Part shown: positions 37,472 through 47,356 of the stretch, piece after piece | How the letters are laid out: every line of letters begins with the position of its first letter | Position numbering within the stretch: the first letter of the stretch is position 1 | IMG/VR virus record: IMGVR_UViG_3300022666_000296 | Coordinates: 634 to 64,633 of that record | DNA length: 64,000 nucleotides | DNA from: a virus | Taxonomy: Duplodnaviria > Caudoviricetes | Direction: 5' to 3' (one strand) | Notes under the pieces: generated by a model | What the model saw: the letters and a program-made list of their open reading frames with translations, nothing else | Databases searched by the model: none | Told to the model about the DNA's origin: nothing | Program-made: the position numbers and the translations under genes

Positions 37472-39110
37472 ACAATTTCCGTATCCCGACCGTACTCTCC
37501 GGTGCGAACGTCAGACATAGCGCATCTGCCAGGTCTGGTGACCGCCTGAGCGATTCCTTCAGCACATCCTTACTCGTCACCTTGATCTTCCCGTTCTGCA
37601 CCTGGTACATCGGAGCGCACAACTCATCTACTAGAGCCTCATCCGGCGGCAACATCGCCGCAGCATCCGTGCGCAGCCATTCTCTGCAGCGCCACCACAA
37701 CTGATCCCGCAACGTGCCAAACGCCCCCTCCTCTACCGTCTGCGTTGGTGCGCCTCCCACATGTATCGCCAGCGCCATGCCTTCATACGCCTGAGGATTG
37801 GACATCCAGCGCCGAATCATGCCCGGAGCTACACCGGCGCCGATGCCGGTCGCATCCACCATCGAACGCAGCGCATTGCGCTCGCGGGCCAGGTCTGCCG
37901 CCCGGTCACTCGTGACCAGCACATCCACCCCGTTCCACACCTCAAAGGGCGCTACCCAGCCGCCATAGCGGAAACATGCCACATTGCGATCAACACCGAA
38001 CTCCGCCACATCCTGCCCGTGAATCGGCCGGATGCCCTGAGGCGATTTGTCGCCATGGTTCTGCTGCCATACACGCCACCGTTGTTGTGCCGCTTCTACC
38101 CAGGCCCGGTTGATCAACTGGTTCTCCGCCTGACCGGGGAATCGCGCTAGCACCATATAGCTCAACGCCGGATTCGTAACTTTGCGCCATTGCCCGCCAA
38201 CCAACGGCGGGGTCAGTGTGCCATCTTTGCGCGTTGCTGTGGCATTCTCCAGGAACTCGGGTACCTGCAACCACTCCACATCGCCAGGCCGCGGTGTTTC
38301 ACCCGCTACAGCGGGGCGACTCCACTCGCTCAACCGCAACACCGTCGCTTCCCGTGTCACCGCGCCTGGAATCACATCGCTGCCGGTAACTACATTCGGG
38401 TGGCTGAACGCATCGAGCGTCACCACATGCGCTTGCCCGCTCTGAATCATGCGATACACGGGACCTTGTGCCGCACGCGGGTTGAACATCACCAACAGGC
38501 GCCCGTGGCCCCCAGACAAACACGACTCAATGCCCCGGTACACCTCATCCGGCACCGCATCGCCTTCATCCACAATGAAGAGCAGATAGGGCGCATGCAA
38601 CCCGCTGAACTTCGCTTCCCGTTGAGCCGGCGTCCCGCTACTCGGAATCGCGCGTCCCACCAGCCACCACTCCGGTCCCAACTCCACACGCAAATAACCT
38701 GCCGCGGCATCCTTGAAACTTGCGGTCTGATTGAGACGCCCTTCGATCTCACCCCAGAGCAACCGCTCCAGGTTCTCGAGGGGTGGAGCCGCTGCAGCGA
38801 TCACTTTGCTCAACGGAAACGCCCGCAGAAACCACAACGCCACACCGGCTGCCGCGTGCGTTTTGCCCACAGCATTCGCCGATTGCACTACCGTCACCGG
38901 ATAGTCGCGTACTGCTTCACAAACTAACTTCTGAGGCTCTGTTAAGGTACAACCCAGGTGCTCCTCGATAAACTCTGCGGGAGCATCCTGATAACGCACA
39001 AACTGCTTAGCCGGGGTCTCCTCCAGCGCTCGCAAGCGCATCAGCAAACGCTGTTTCGCTTCCGGAGGCCAGCTGCGCCAATCGGCGCTCAATCTCGCGG
39101 TCGAGTTCAT
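37470..39110 (-). CDS. terL: Terminase large subunit
   Basis: Walker A SANAVGKT, Walker B FIVDEG, nuclease GQDVA.FGVD, SPDLADAL. Confidence 0.95.
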   Translation of the reverse strand: MNSTARLSADWRSWPPEAKQRLLMRLRALEETPAKQFVRYQDAPAEFIEEHLGCTLTEPQKLVCEAVRDYPVTVVQSANAVGKTHAAAGVALWFLRAFPLSKVIAAAAPPLENLERLLWGEIEGRLNQTASFKDAAAGYLRVELGPEWWLVGRAIPSSGTPAQREAKFSGLHAPYLLFIVDEGDAVPDEVYRGIESCLSGGHGRLLVMFNPRAAQGPVYRMIQSGQAHVVTLDAFSHPNVVTGSDVIPGAVTREATVLRLSEWSRPAVAGETPRPGDVEWLQVPEFLENATATRKDGTLTPPLVGGQWRKVTNPALSYMVLARFPGQAENQLINRAWVEAAQQRWRVWQQNHGDKSPQGIRPIHGQDVAEFGVDRNVACFRYGGWVAPFEVWNGVDVLVTSDRAADLARERNALRSMVDATGIGAGVAPGMIRRWMSNPQAYEGMALAIHVGGAPTQTVEEGAFGTLRDQLWWRCREWLRTDAAAMLPPDEALVDELCAPMYQVQNGKIKVTSKDVLKESLRRSPDLADALCLTFAPESTVGIRKL

Positions 39111-39756
39111 CCTGATCTATCTCTCGTGCTTGTTTCGCCGCCGTCTTCACATCAGCGCGATCCAACACCGCTGCTGCAGCCAGACGACGATCGGCATCCG
39201 TGTATCCAGCAATGCGACCCAGCACCGTAATCAGTGCCGTGCGCACAGCCTCATCCTTTTCAGCTTCCAGCGCTTGAATCACCGCTGGCGTCACTGCTGG
39301 CAGGCCCACACTGAGCAAACCACTTGCTGCATTCAGCCGGTCTTCAACCCGCTCAGATTGCAGTAACCGGCATAGTGCGCTAACCGCATCCGCGTCGCCC
39401 TCGACCTGGTGCTTCAATGCTCTGGCGGCACTGGGTGCTGTGCTGGCCAGCACCTGCAACGCCTCGCTCGTGCCATGCTCCAACATCCATGCGCGATAAT
39501 CTCGTCGCGCCAGAGTCAACGCCTGCCGGAACTCCGGCTTTGCATTCCAACCAGGTCGGTCGCGACCGTTTTTCGATCTGTGACCGTAGTAGGTCGTCGA
39601 AGTACAGATCTGACCACTGCAATCAAGCAACGAGCTGAGCGACCGCCCTGCCAACTCCGCCTCGATGATTCGTTGCACACCAGCGGCCTGTTGAGCTGAC
39701 AACTTAGCCAGCACCGCTTCCAGCTCCTCACTCGCCCATGAAATCAATACCCCCAC
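39007..39756 (-). CDS. Probable terminase small subunit
   Basis: Directly upstream of TerL; helical; C-terminal DQDELDREIERRLAQL. Confidence 0.55.
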   Translation of the reverse strand: MGVLISWASEELEAVLAKLSAQQAAGVQRIIEAELAGRSLSSLLDCSGQICTSTTYYGHRSKNGRDRPGWNAKPEFRQALTLARRDYRAWMLEHGTSEALQVLASTAPSAARALKHQVEGDADAVSALCRLLQSERVEDRLNAASGLLSVGLPAVTPAVIQALEAEKDEAVRTALITVLGRIAGYTDADRRLAAAAVLDRADVKTAAKQAREIDQDELDREIERRLAQLASGSETAFADALASAGGDPG

Positions 39757-39781
39757 ATTACCCTCGCCAATTTACGCTCTT

Positions 39782-40066
39782 CTAGGCATCTTCATCATGC
39801 GGTCGCGCGTCATCGCTACGCGAAGAAACGCCATCTATTAGTCGATACCCATTGACGACTTTTTGACTGCGGGGATCGTAAACCCCCTTGCGTACTGTCA
39901 TCTGGTTCTTCTTCACCATTTCCAGCAACCTCTGTGCAGCCAACTGATGGCTGCACCCAAACCGAGCCGCATAATCTGCCGCTGTGATCTCATCCTGAGC
40001 CAACATTGGTCGCTCGCTGAACTGCTCCAACTCCGCCAAGATCTGCCGTCGTATGTCATCCATCAC
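39782..40066 (-). CDS. Small winged-HTH-like protein
   Basis: ITAADYAARFGCSHQLAAQRLLEMV. Confidence 0.6.
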   Translation of the reverse strand: MMDDIRRQILAELEQFSERPMLAQDEITAADYAARFGCSHQLAAQRLLEMVKKNQMTVRKGVYDPRSQKVVNGYRLIDGVSSRSDDARPHDEDA

Positions 40067-40923
40067 AACCGTTCCTTGGTCCGCAAATCAACCTGCTCCA
40101 CGAGTGGAATGTAATCCACCAACTTGCCATCTTCGACCACTAACACGATCAAACCGTTCGACAGCCGCAGTTTTGAACCGGTCGCCTTGCGACCATGCTC
40201 ACCCATGCCACACCAGCTAGGCAACAACACAATGTCAGCCTCATACTCTACTTTCCCCTTCACCCGCACCGTCTCACGCACATACTCATGAAAGTGTGCA
40301 CGGAATACAAAACGCGGTGGGACTTTGCCATGCACGATCTCTTCTAGCATCAGACTTTTCAAATAGTACCGCAGCTGGTTGCCCTCTGTCCACATACGAA
40401 TACCGCTGGATGGACCATGGTGCGCATAATCAACTAGGAAACCGTCAATATCCACAAGCCCATGTTGCATTACCTTGAAGTCAATGGCTGGAAACTCCGC
40501 CTCCAACTGCGCCTTGACCAACACCGGTGCAGAACCTTCTTTGAATACATGCACCCCCGTGCCGCTGGCGAAACGCATGACCTGCACCCCTGGTAGGCTG
40601 ACCAACGGGCGCAAATTGGCCGCGGCGATGAGCAACTGCCCGGCGAGTTGGGTTGTCACCAGCTGCTCGTGGAACGCATTCCCTTGAGTGACATCACCAT
40701 CGAAATAAATCTGAATCGGCGCTCCCGCAGCAATCCGCGCAATCTCTTCGAGATACAACTGGTAAAGTACCCACAGATATTCCTGTGTTGCAGTTAATTT
40801 AGGCGAATAGGACACAATCTCGCCCGTGCTCTGATCCTCATCCTGGAGAACCGTTGTCGGATTCAGTAGCCCCAGTACATGGCCGCTGTGCATATCCGAC
40901 AAAAATACCAGAACCTTCCGCAT
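40063..40923 (-). CDS. Calcineurin-like metallophosphoesterase
   Basis: LSDMHSG, GDVTQG, GTGVH, HHG, AHFH motifs. Confidence 0.8.
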   Translation of the reverse strand: MRKVLVFLSDMHSGHVLGLLNPTTVLQDEDQSTGEIVSYSPKLTATQEYLWVLYQLYLEEIARIAAGAPIQIYFDGDVTQGNAFHEQLVTTQLAGQLLIAAANLRPLVSLPGVQVMRFASGTGVHVFKEGSAPVLVKAQLEAEFPAIDFKVMQHGLVDIDGFLVDYAHHGPSSGIRMWTEGNQLRYYLKSLMLEEIVHGKVPPRFVFRAHFHEYVRETVRVKGKVEYEADIVLLPSWCGMGEHGRKATGSKLRLSNGLIVLVVEDGKLVDYIPLVEQVDLRTKERL

Positions 40924-40938
40924 AATCCTTAGCAACTC

Positions 40939-40966
40939 CGTGCTGCTAAGAAACGGTAGCAGCACC
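40939..40966. repeat. Site S10 CGTGCTGCTAA-GAAACG-GTAGCAGCACC (6-bp spacer)
   Basis: Intergenic; invariant CTGCTAA arm present. Confidence 0.6.
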
Positions 40967-41003
40967 TGCCTTCCGCTTCTTTTCGCGTTTAATTTGCCGT
41001 CGG

Positions 41004-41321
41004 CTAAATCGGCGCGCTCTCCAGCGCTCTCTCCTGCTCCGTGCAGGATGACCCGCTTTGGCTTGCGGACCTCGCATCGTCTGGATCACCTCCCCTCATC
41101 GCAGTTGCACCGCCGCGAGCAACCGCCCCATCGAAGGCATCCGTATTCACTACCAGTGCGCCACGTCCCAACACTTCTGCAACTCGGCTACGCCTTGCCA
41201 CTCCACCGCTGCTTCGGCGACGCCCGCGTGCCTTAGTCTTCTGCGGATGACATACCGGACACCGTCCTCCGGTATATTGCCGTCCACACCGTTTGCATGT
41301 AAATGGCTTTGCGCGTGGCAT
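41004..41321 (-). CDS. Small Zn-ribbon protein
   Basis: CKRC...CPVC. Confidence 0.55.
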   Translation of the reverse strand: MPRAKPFTCKRCGRQYTGGRCPVCHPQKTKARGRRRSSGGVARRSRVAEVLGRGALVVNTDAFDGAVARGGATAMRGGDPDDARSASQSGSSCTEQERALESAPI

Positions 41322-41324
41322 CGC

Positions 41325-41477
41325 CTACCGTCCCCAGCGGCGCCAGAGCTTGAAACTCAGCGCAGCACGCCCTTGCCGCCACTGACGCCGGCAGTAATAG
41401 TCATACGCCGTGTGCAGTACCCACAACCAGATGTGGCAAACCATTGCAAGAAACTGGAGCCACATGGAACGCAACAT
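41325..41477 (-). CDS. 50-aa hydrophobic/basic protein (MLRSMWLQFLAMV...), not in the ORF track
   Basis: Open frame filling the gap between the endolysin gene and the Zn-ribbon gene. Confidence 0.4.
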   Translation of the reverse strand: MLRSMWLQFLAMVCHIWLWVLHTAYDYYCRRQWRQGRAALSFKLWRRWGR

Positions 41478-41480
41478 CTC

Positions 41481-43991
41481 TCACCACACCAAGTCACGCA
41501 ACTGATTTTCATCCAGGTGGAAGTCTTGCCACTGCCACGTGCAGGTCGTGAATAGCGTCGCGCCTAGAACTTGTGCTGAGCCAGTGCGTAATCTCTGTTC
41601 GTACCAACGCAGCATTTCCAGATACGCTGGCCAATCGCCATTGAAACAAGCGGGACCACGCCAACCAGCCAGCGAATCATAAGCAAAGTGCTGGTTTCCA
41701 GGCTCACCTTGCATCACGCCGCCACAAGCACCGACCTCAGTCAAAATCCAATCCAGCTGGATACCAGCAGCACGAAACACCTTGTTCATTTCTTCATGTC
41801 TGCATTCATGCCATTTGGCATGATCATCGAAGCGCTGCCCGTGCTGTACCGGCTTGTAGCCGTGATATCCCCCAGCGCCACTCGCAGCCGCAGTCGCACG
41901 TGCTAGTGGAATCAAAGCCGGATAATCGATTTCCACCGGATTACCTACACTGATCGTCATGGTCAGGGGGCGCGCCCCAGGGACACGCGCTTTCAAGCGC
42001 TCGATGAAGCGTAATTCTGCCGCAGTCCACTGTGCAGTCGTCCGTCGCTGGTTGGCTTCATTGGTCGGCACCTCGACGAAATTCACCACGCCAGCACGCA
42101 CCATGCCGGGCAATTCTGGCGGGAACTGGTCTATGAACCAATCCACGCCCCATACTGGATTGTCCACTACGGCATCAATCATGTGGTCTTCGATATGATG
42201 CCGATACACAATCAACGCCGGACAAACCTCTCGAATCTGTGCCGCCGCTCCCAAATCAAAGACTTTAGCCACAGCTGGCTGTGCTTGACGAAAGAACTCT
42301 CTCTCGGCATTACCAAAACTCTGACAGTGCAAACTAAGCAACTGCGCTCCAGTGTGCGACGGGGGCGGAACGACAATCGGAGGAGCATCTTCAATAGCGT
42401 ACTCAGCCAAAGCAAAAATGCTCTGGGACAAACTCCCGCGCCAGTAACGTGTCTTAAGAGTTGTGGTATCACCATACCATGGGTCAATGATCTCCACGTC
42501 ATCATCGAGCATGCGGAGTCCAACTACGAAGTGCGTATCCAAATCTCCGCCGGGGATGTGATCAATTTGTATCACACACGGTCCACGTTCCAGAGCTGCC
42601 CGAATCAACGTCATATCCGCATCCGGTTTTGGTGTAGTCCTCCAGGTGTGGTAGGCCACAAAGCGCAAACCTGGAACAGCCTCCTCGACTTTGCGCCAAT
42701 ATAGCAGCCCGCCCGCCGTATATCCACCATTTGCCGATAGTCGCCGGTTTAACTCCAACGGTGTCAGAGTACAATCAACTTGTGTCGCAATCGAACACGT
42801 TGATACCATCGCACATCCCGATCCGCCGATTGTGCGTGCGCTTGGCAACATGAGCTCTGTTGCCCAACGCGGATTGCGTTGCGAGAATGCCCGTAATGAC
42901 GTTGGAACTGGGCCATAAATCAACCCGCGTAGTACTGGCAGCAGATCTGCCGGAGTCGCAGCATAGACAGGACGATAGGCCACACCTGGGTAATGCGCCT
43001 CGAAGAACGCCTGCAGATCATCGTCCCACATCGCCGGATTCACAGCGATGACTTCACGTACATCCAGATCGCCAATGCCAGCATCGTCGGCGCTTTGTCC
43101 CAATGTCCACCACACACCTAACGCTTCCATCGCGTCAATCGCCGCATGCCGCATCGCGAGAGTTTCATCGCGGTGCATGAGCAAATACGTTCTGGCGTAC
43201 TGCTCACGTGGCGCGCCACGACCAGACGACGGAGGCTCAACTCCTGGTTCGAGCTCCACTAATTCGCAGTCATCCCAGGCCACATCGTTGTGCACTACGG
43301 GCCAAAGCGTTGAGGAGCGCAGAAAGACGGTGACGGTATCCGCGGCAGCAACCGCCTCGATTTCGAGAGGCTCAGCACGGTAGGCGTTGAAGATGTGCCA
43401 CCCGGGGGACCACAGTACGGTGGGCGCGTAGGGATCGGTTCCGCCGGTGGGGTCTATGCCGATGCTCTGAGTGACGCTGCGCTGGTCGTCGTTCAATCCG
43501 GGTGTGCTGGCAGGCCAGGCCAGCGCGCCGTAACCGGGGAGCGACCAGGTTGGCGGGTGATCATCATCGCCAATCCAGGCATGCGTATACGCGCTGAAGC
43601 GCAAGCGCACTCCGGGCGTAACCGCCACCTGCTGTAGCAGTCCGCCTTCGTGAATGCGCCGCCAAGTGAAGGTGTAGGCAGCGGTCGCGCCGGAGCGATG
43701 CCGCTGGTGGACGGTCTCGGTGAGGCGGATTTCCGGCTCACTCCAGCCGATCCTGTTGGCAGGGTCCCACGGAACCGGCGTCTCATCGTTGCGCTGGTGC
43801 GCGTACCAGGCCCACCACCCCACCGGATTATGAATTTCACCGCGTTCGACGGTGTAGCGTTTGGTGATTGGACCTCCAGTGCGGTCCACCTCGCAGACGT
43901 AGGCGGTATGATGCGGTTTAGTCTGGGTGCTTTCATCCCAGAGAGGGCGATAGCCGCCCTCGAAACCACCATTGATTAGTAAATTGACCAT
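41481..43991 (-). CDS. Multi-domain putative endolysin: CBM-like + C39-like peptidase + glycoside-hydrolase-like barrel
   Basis: NLLINGGFEG...DDCEL jelly-roll; GSGCAMVS...THFVV...IIDPW triad; ILTEVG; adjacent to the holin. Confidence 0.7.
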   Translation of the reverse strand: MVNLLINGGFEGGYRPLWDESTQTKPHHTAYVCEVDRTGGPITKRYTVERGEIHNPVGWWAWYAHQRNDETPVPWDPANRIGWSEPEIRLTETVHQRHRSGATAAYTFTWRRIHEGGLLQQVAVTPGVRLRFSAYTHAWIGDDDHPPTWSLPGYGALAWPASTPGLNDDQRSVTQSIGIDPTGGTDPYAPTVLWSPGWHIFNAYRAEPLEIEAVAAADTVTVFLRSSTLWPVVHNDVAWDDCELVELEPGVEPPSSGRGAPREQYARTYLLMHRDETLAMRHAAIDAMEALGVWWTLGQSADDAGIGDLDVREVIAVNPAMWDDDLQAFFEAHYPGVAYRPVYAATPADLLPVLRGLIYGPVPTSLRAFSQRNPRWATELMLPSARTIGGSGCAMVSTCSIATQVDCTLTPLELNRRLSANGGYTAGGLLYWRKVEEAVPGLRFVAYHTWRTTPKPDADMTLIRAALERGPCVIQIDHIPGGDLDTHFVVGLRMLDDDVEIIDPWYGDTTTLKTRYWRGSLSQSIFALAEYAIEDAPPIVVPPPSHTGAQLLSLHCQSFGNAEREFFRQAQPAVAKVFDLGAAAQIREVCPALIVYRHHIEDHMIDAVVDNPVWGVDWFIDQFPPELPGMVRAGVVNFVEVPTNEANQRRTTAQWTAAELRFIERLKARVPGARPLTMTISVGNPVEIDYPALIPLARATAAASGAGGYHGYKPVQHGQRFDDHAKWHECRHEEMNKVFRAAGIQLDWILTEVGACGGVMQGEPGNQHFAYDSLAGWRGPACFNGDWPAYLEMLRWYEQRLRTGSAQVLGATLFTTCTWQWQDFHLDENQLRDLVW

Positions 43992-43992
43992 C

Positions 43993-44529
43993 TTAACGCT
44001 TCCTCATAGGCTGAGCCTGATAAACTGGTCTCTGTCCCAGCGCTTCTACCTGGCGTGTTAGCAACCCCACACCTTCGAGCAGCCGTGCATTATCCGTCTT
44101 CAGCTCGGAAATCTCCTCACCCTGCAGGTTCAATGACGACGTCAATACATCGTTCTGGCGTTGTAAATTCCCGATTTCATTCGATAGCCGGGTGTTCTCA
44201 TCACGTCCGGCAGCAACATCGCGCTGCAACTGGGTGTTTTCGCATTGCAGTGCTGCGATCTTCTCGCCCTGCTTATCAACGACATCTTGTAAACGCGCTT
44301 TTTCTGCCTCCAACACTACAACCCGCTGTTCCAGCGGCTCTATCAACGACAACGCAGTGCGTGTAATCTGGTCAGAGGCGCAAGTCTCAATCTGCTCACG
44401 TTCACTTTCAATCTTATGCCGTTCGGCGCGAAGCTTGAGCAGCTCATCGCGTACCTTGAAAAGCGTGACCAACGCTGCCATCAGTGTTGCGGCAGCGCCA
44501 GCGATAGTAGCTACAAAGCCGAGTTCCAT
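43993..44529 (-). CDS. Lysis-module protein: N-terminal TM + coiled coil
   Basis: TM helix then a long heptad repeat; between holin and endolysin. Confidence 0.6.
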   Translation of the reverse strand: MELGFVATIAGAAATLMAALVTLFKVRDELLKLRAERHKIESEREQIETCASDQITRTALSLIEPLEQRVVVLEAEKARLQDVVDKQGEKIAALQCENTQLQRDVAAGRDENTRLSNEIGNLQRQNDVLTSSLNLQGEEISELKTDNARLLEGVGLLTRQVEALGQRPVYQAQPMRKR

Positions 44530-44533
44530 CCGC

Positions 44534-44881
44534 CTACATCTCCGGCAGATCTTCCTCGTCGTACACATGCCAGTTCCGCTCCTGGCTGCCGGCGATGGTA
44601 TAGGTACTCTGGTTGCTGACGAGGGCTACTAAAAACATCCACACCAGTTGCGCAAAACCATCCCGAGAACAGTTCATACCCTGAATCACGGCGGCGCAGC
44701 CCAGACCGTACAGCACTAACGCTGTCACCAACAGCAGCCCCGCCATGATCAATCTCTTCCATTCGCCGGAGAGCGCTTTGTACCAGGTCTTCAAACCTGG
44801 CACGTACGAAAACGCCAGGCTCAGAATCACCCCCGCCATCGCGGCTAACAACTCAGGACCCAACACAACTTCTGGCATCAT
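44534..44881 (-). CDS. Holin-like protein (3 TM)
   Basis: Three hydrophobic helices, Met-Met start, AGGAGG RBS, first gene of the late operon. Confidence 0.7.
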   Translation of the reverse strand: MMPEVVLGPELLAAMAGVILSLAFSYVPGLKTWYKALSGEWKRLIMAGLLLVTALVLYGLGCAAVIQGMNCSRDGFAQLVWMFLVALVSNQSTYTIAGSQERNWHVYDEEDLPEM

Positions 44882-44890
44882 CCACCTCCT

Positions 44891-44919
44891 AGTTCCGCTA
44901 ATTCATTCTTAGCAGTCGT
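44891..44919. repeat. dif-like site S11 AGTTCCGCTAA-TTCATTC-TTAGCAGTCGT
   Basis: Between a terminator and the holin RBS. Confidence 0.85.
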
Positions 44920-44931
44920 AACTTCACAAAC

Positions 44932-44963
44932 AAAACGCCCAGATAGCAAGAGCTATCTGGGCG
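44932..44963 (-). terminator. Terminator upstream of the lysis/late operon
   Basis: 12-bp stem CGCCCAGATAGC/GCTATCTGGGCG followed by TTTTG on the minus strand. Confidence 0.75.
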
Positions 44964-45155
44964 CTGATTACGCTAACCCTCAGGGGTCACTATCGAGTAA
45001 CCCTGGGGTGGCCTTCCACCACCACGACCGTGTAGGGAGATTACGGCTTGTGATCCCGATGTAACCTTATCCCAGGTCTTTCACATCTGCCGCTATCGGA
45101 ACCACTGTCACCACTCTGCTCGAATTTTCTTCGCAGAAAGAAAATCAATATGGGA

Positions 45156-45329
45156 TCAATCGTCGCAAATCGTTACCGATTTACGCACTCTGTCGCCAGC
45201 GAAGTTGAGTTCGATGCGGCCTTTCGTAGCAGCCTCAATAATCCGTTGCGCCTCTAGCAAGCGTCGGATCATCGCGGCTAACCGCGCCGAAATCTCCAAT
45301 CGGTTCCCCCCATCCTCAATAATAACCAT
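45156..45329 (-). CDS. 57-aa protein (MVIIEDGGNRL...), DUF2292-like, not in the ORF track
   Basis: GAGGTG RBS; GRIELNFAGDRV C-terminal hairpin. Confidence 0.55.
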   Translation of the reverse strand: MVIIEDGGNRLEISARLAAMIRRLLEAQRIIEAATKGRIELNFAGDRVRKSVTICDD

Positions 45330-45380
45330 CGGTACACCTCATCAGTGTCACGATTATCATACACTATCAACATCGCAATT

Positions 45381-45758
45381 TCAAGCCACCAGGTTAAACA
45401 ACGGCAACTGCGCCGCGTCAGTTTGCACTACCGTGATTCCCAGTTCATGCGCTGCGGCCAGCGCCAGCGCTGTCACCAATGTCCCAGACCACCCATCATC
45501 TGGATTGCGTTCCATGCGCAAAACTACGTGCGGAGCTTCCTCTTGCATGTCAGCGAGACACGCGAACATAAAGTCCCACACCTGCGCAGCCGACTCCTCC
45601 GCAGTTTTGCCAAGCGTACAACGATGGGCTGCCCCATATCCTTCACTATCATCTGCATACGTGTAGATCGGGCGTAACACTACCTCACCGCTCTGGTAAC
45701 GATCAGCGAGAATCTCTACGTTAATCACAGACTGCCTGCGGCGCTTTATTTGTGCCAT
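45381..45758 (-). CDS. Hypothetical protein
   Basis: AGGAGG RBS before ATG 45758. Confidence 0.6.
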   Translation of the reverse strand: MAQIKRRRQSVINVEILADRYQSGEVVLRPIYTYADDSEGYGAAHRCTLGKTAEESAAQVWDFMFACLADMQEEAPHVVLRMERNPDDGWSGTLVTALALAAAHELGITVVQTDAAQLPLFNLVA

Positions 45759-45803
45759 CCTACCTCCTGATGATCCTATATTCATTCACGATCCAGGGGT
45801 GAA

Positions 45804-46994
45804 CTATGAGTGGATCACGAGCCACTTCCAGATTCCCGCATCCATGGCTTCCAAACTCGCCAGCCTGATCTCACCTTGTGGTAACCGGCTCCAGCGCACC
45901 GCCTGACGCAAAATCTCAGCCTGTTTCTCACACATCTGCATGTTGACTGTGATCAAACACATCCGTGGCACCAGGCTGAGGCTTTTCGCCCACTTCTCAT
46001 CGTTACGGCGATCGATCTCCAGTTGCACTTCAACCGGCCAGAAGACGCCGTTTTCCATAGCCACCAGGTCCGGCTCTGTGCGTTGCCCCCAACGCTCATC
46101 ATCGCGCACTAGAAGCGGGTCAGGCGCATCGTTGACAACATACCCGACAGCCCGAAGATGGTCGCGTGCTTCGAGGATCGCTACCGCGTGCGCGACACTT
46201 TTGTGTTTCTGTACCGGCACATCCAGCTCACACGGCACTGCCGTCACCTTAAATGCCATCTCCGCCCATGTTCGCCCGCGCTCTGTAAGGCGCAACAGTT
46301 GCCGCCCCCCACCTGCTCGTGGTGTCCATTGCTGCGGTTTCCCATTCCAGACAAAATCTGCCAACAGCTCTGTGTCCTTGAGCCGTTTCAGCGCATTGCG
46401 CACACCGTTGTCATGTTCTGTTAATCCCATCGCCGTGATCCTGGAAATCACATGCCAGCTGCGCGCCAGACCCGTGACAGCGATCAGGCGCAAAATCTCC
46501 TTGTCGAGCTTCGATCGTACTGTCACCGTCTGCGCAGGGATAGTCACACTCGCGGGCGCTGCTGCCAGAGCGCGCTCCCGCCAGGCTGCGACTTCAGCCT
46601 GCGTCGTGGCGAGCTGCTGTTCCATCGTCCCAACCTGTGCCCGAAGCGCCTGCACCTCACCTGCCAATCGCTCATTCTCTGTGCGCAACCGTCGCCCACC
46701 CTCCTTACGTTCCAGTGCCCGCGCAGTATCTTCAAGCACTTCCAGACACAGCCCCCACTCAAAAAACATGCGCTCGATAACTTTGAGCAGCGTCGGTATT
46801 GCGTACGGGCGCACAGATGGCTTGACCAAACGATGCAAACTTGCGATCGCCTGATCCCGCCAGGCCTGTGCTTCCCTGGTCTCTGGAGGATCGTACTCCA
46901 GCGTATATCCCCGCCATCGAAAATGCAGCGCATTCACCCGGCGCACTAGCGATTCAATGTCCCGTGTCTTGAGTTGTAGTTGTGTTGCGTCCAT
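45804..46994 (-). CDS. Coiled-coil + winged-HTH + PD-(D/E)xK-like protein (Replic_Relax-like)
   Basis: LKRLKDTELL...LRLTERG wing; EPDLVA...VEVQ nuclease-like motif. Confidence 0.55.
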   Translation of the reverse strand: MDATQLQLKTRDIESLVRRVNALHFRWRGYTLEYDPPETREAQAWRDQAIASLHRLVKPSVRPYAIPTLLKVIERMFFEWGLCLEVLEDTARALERKEGGRRLRTENERLAGEVQALRAQVGTMEQQLATTQAEVAAWRERALAAAPASVTIPAQTVTVRSKLDKEILRLIAVTGLARSWHVISRITAMGLTEHDNGVRNALKRLKDTELLADFVWNGKPQQWTPRAGGGRQLLRLTERGRTWAEMAFKVTAVPCELDVPVQKHKSVAHAVAILEARDHLRAVGYVVNDAPDPLLVRDDERWGQRTEPDLVAMENGVFWPVEVQLEIDRRNDEKWAKSLSLVPRMCLITVNMQMCEKQAEILRQAVRWSRLPQGEIRLASLEAMDAGIWKWLVIHS

Positions 46995-47064
46995 GCTATA
47001 ATTCTCCATATCCGAGGGAGGTAATCCTGACTTCACTGCAGCCATTACCGCAGACAAACCATGT

Positions 47065-47298
47065 TCAGAGCAGTAGGTGGCGTTTCAGCCCCAGTTGGCC
47101 CTGTCCCGCTGGTGTGACCTCGGCAGAAGTCCCCGACACTACGTCGGGGGCTTCTTCTTTCTCATCAGAGGTCAGGCGGCACCCGCACGGTGGCTCCAGG
47201 CAATTAAGCCCCCAATCCATCAGCTTGAATCCATGCTCGCACTTCGGTAGTCTTTCCAGAAGGCACACACACATTCTCGCCTGTTTTACGTTCATCAC
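47065..47298 (-). CDS. Hypothetical Cys-containing protein
   Basis: 77 aa with AGGAGG RBS. Confidence 0.5.
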   Translation of the reverse strand: MMNVKQARMCVCLLERLPKCEHGFKLMDWGLNCLEPPCGCRLTSDEKEEAPDVVSGTSAEVTPAGQGQLGLKRHLLL

Positions 47299-47356
47299 TC
47301 CTCCTAAGCGTTCCGTTCATCATTCATCGTTGGTGCCATGAGTGAATGTGGGATTA

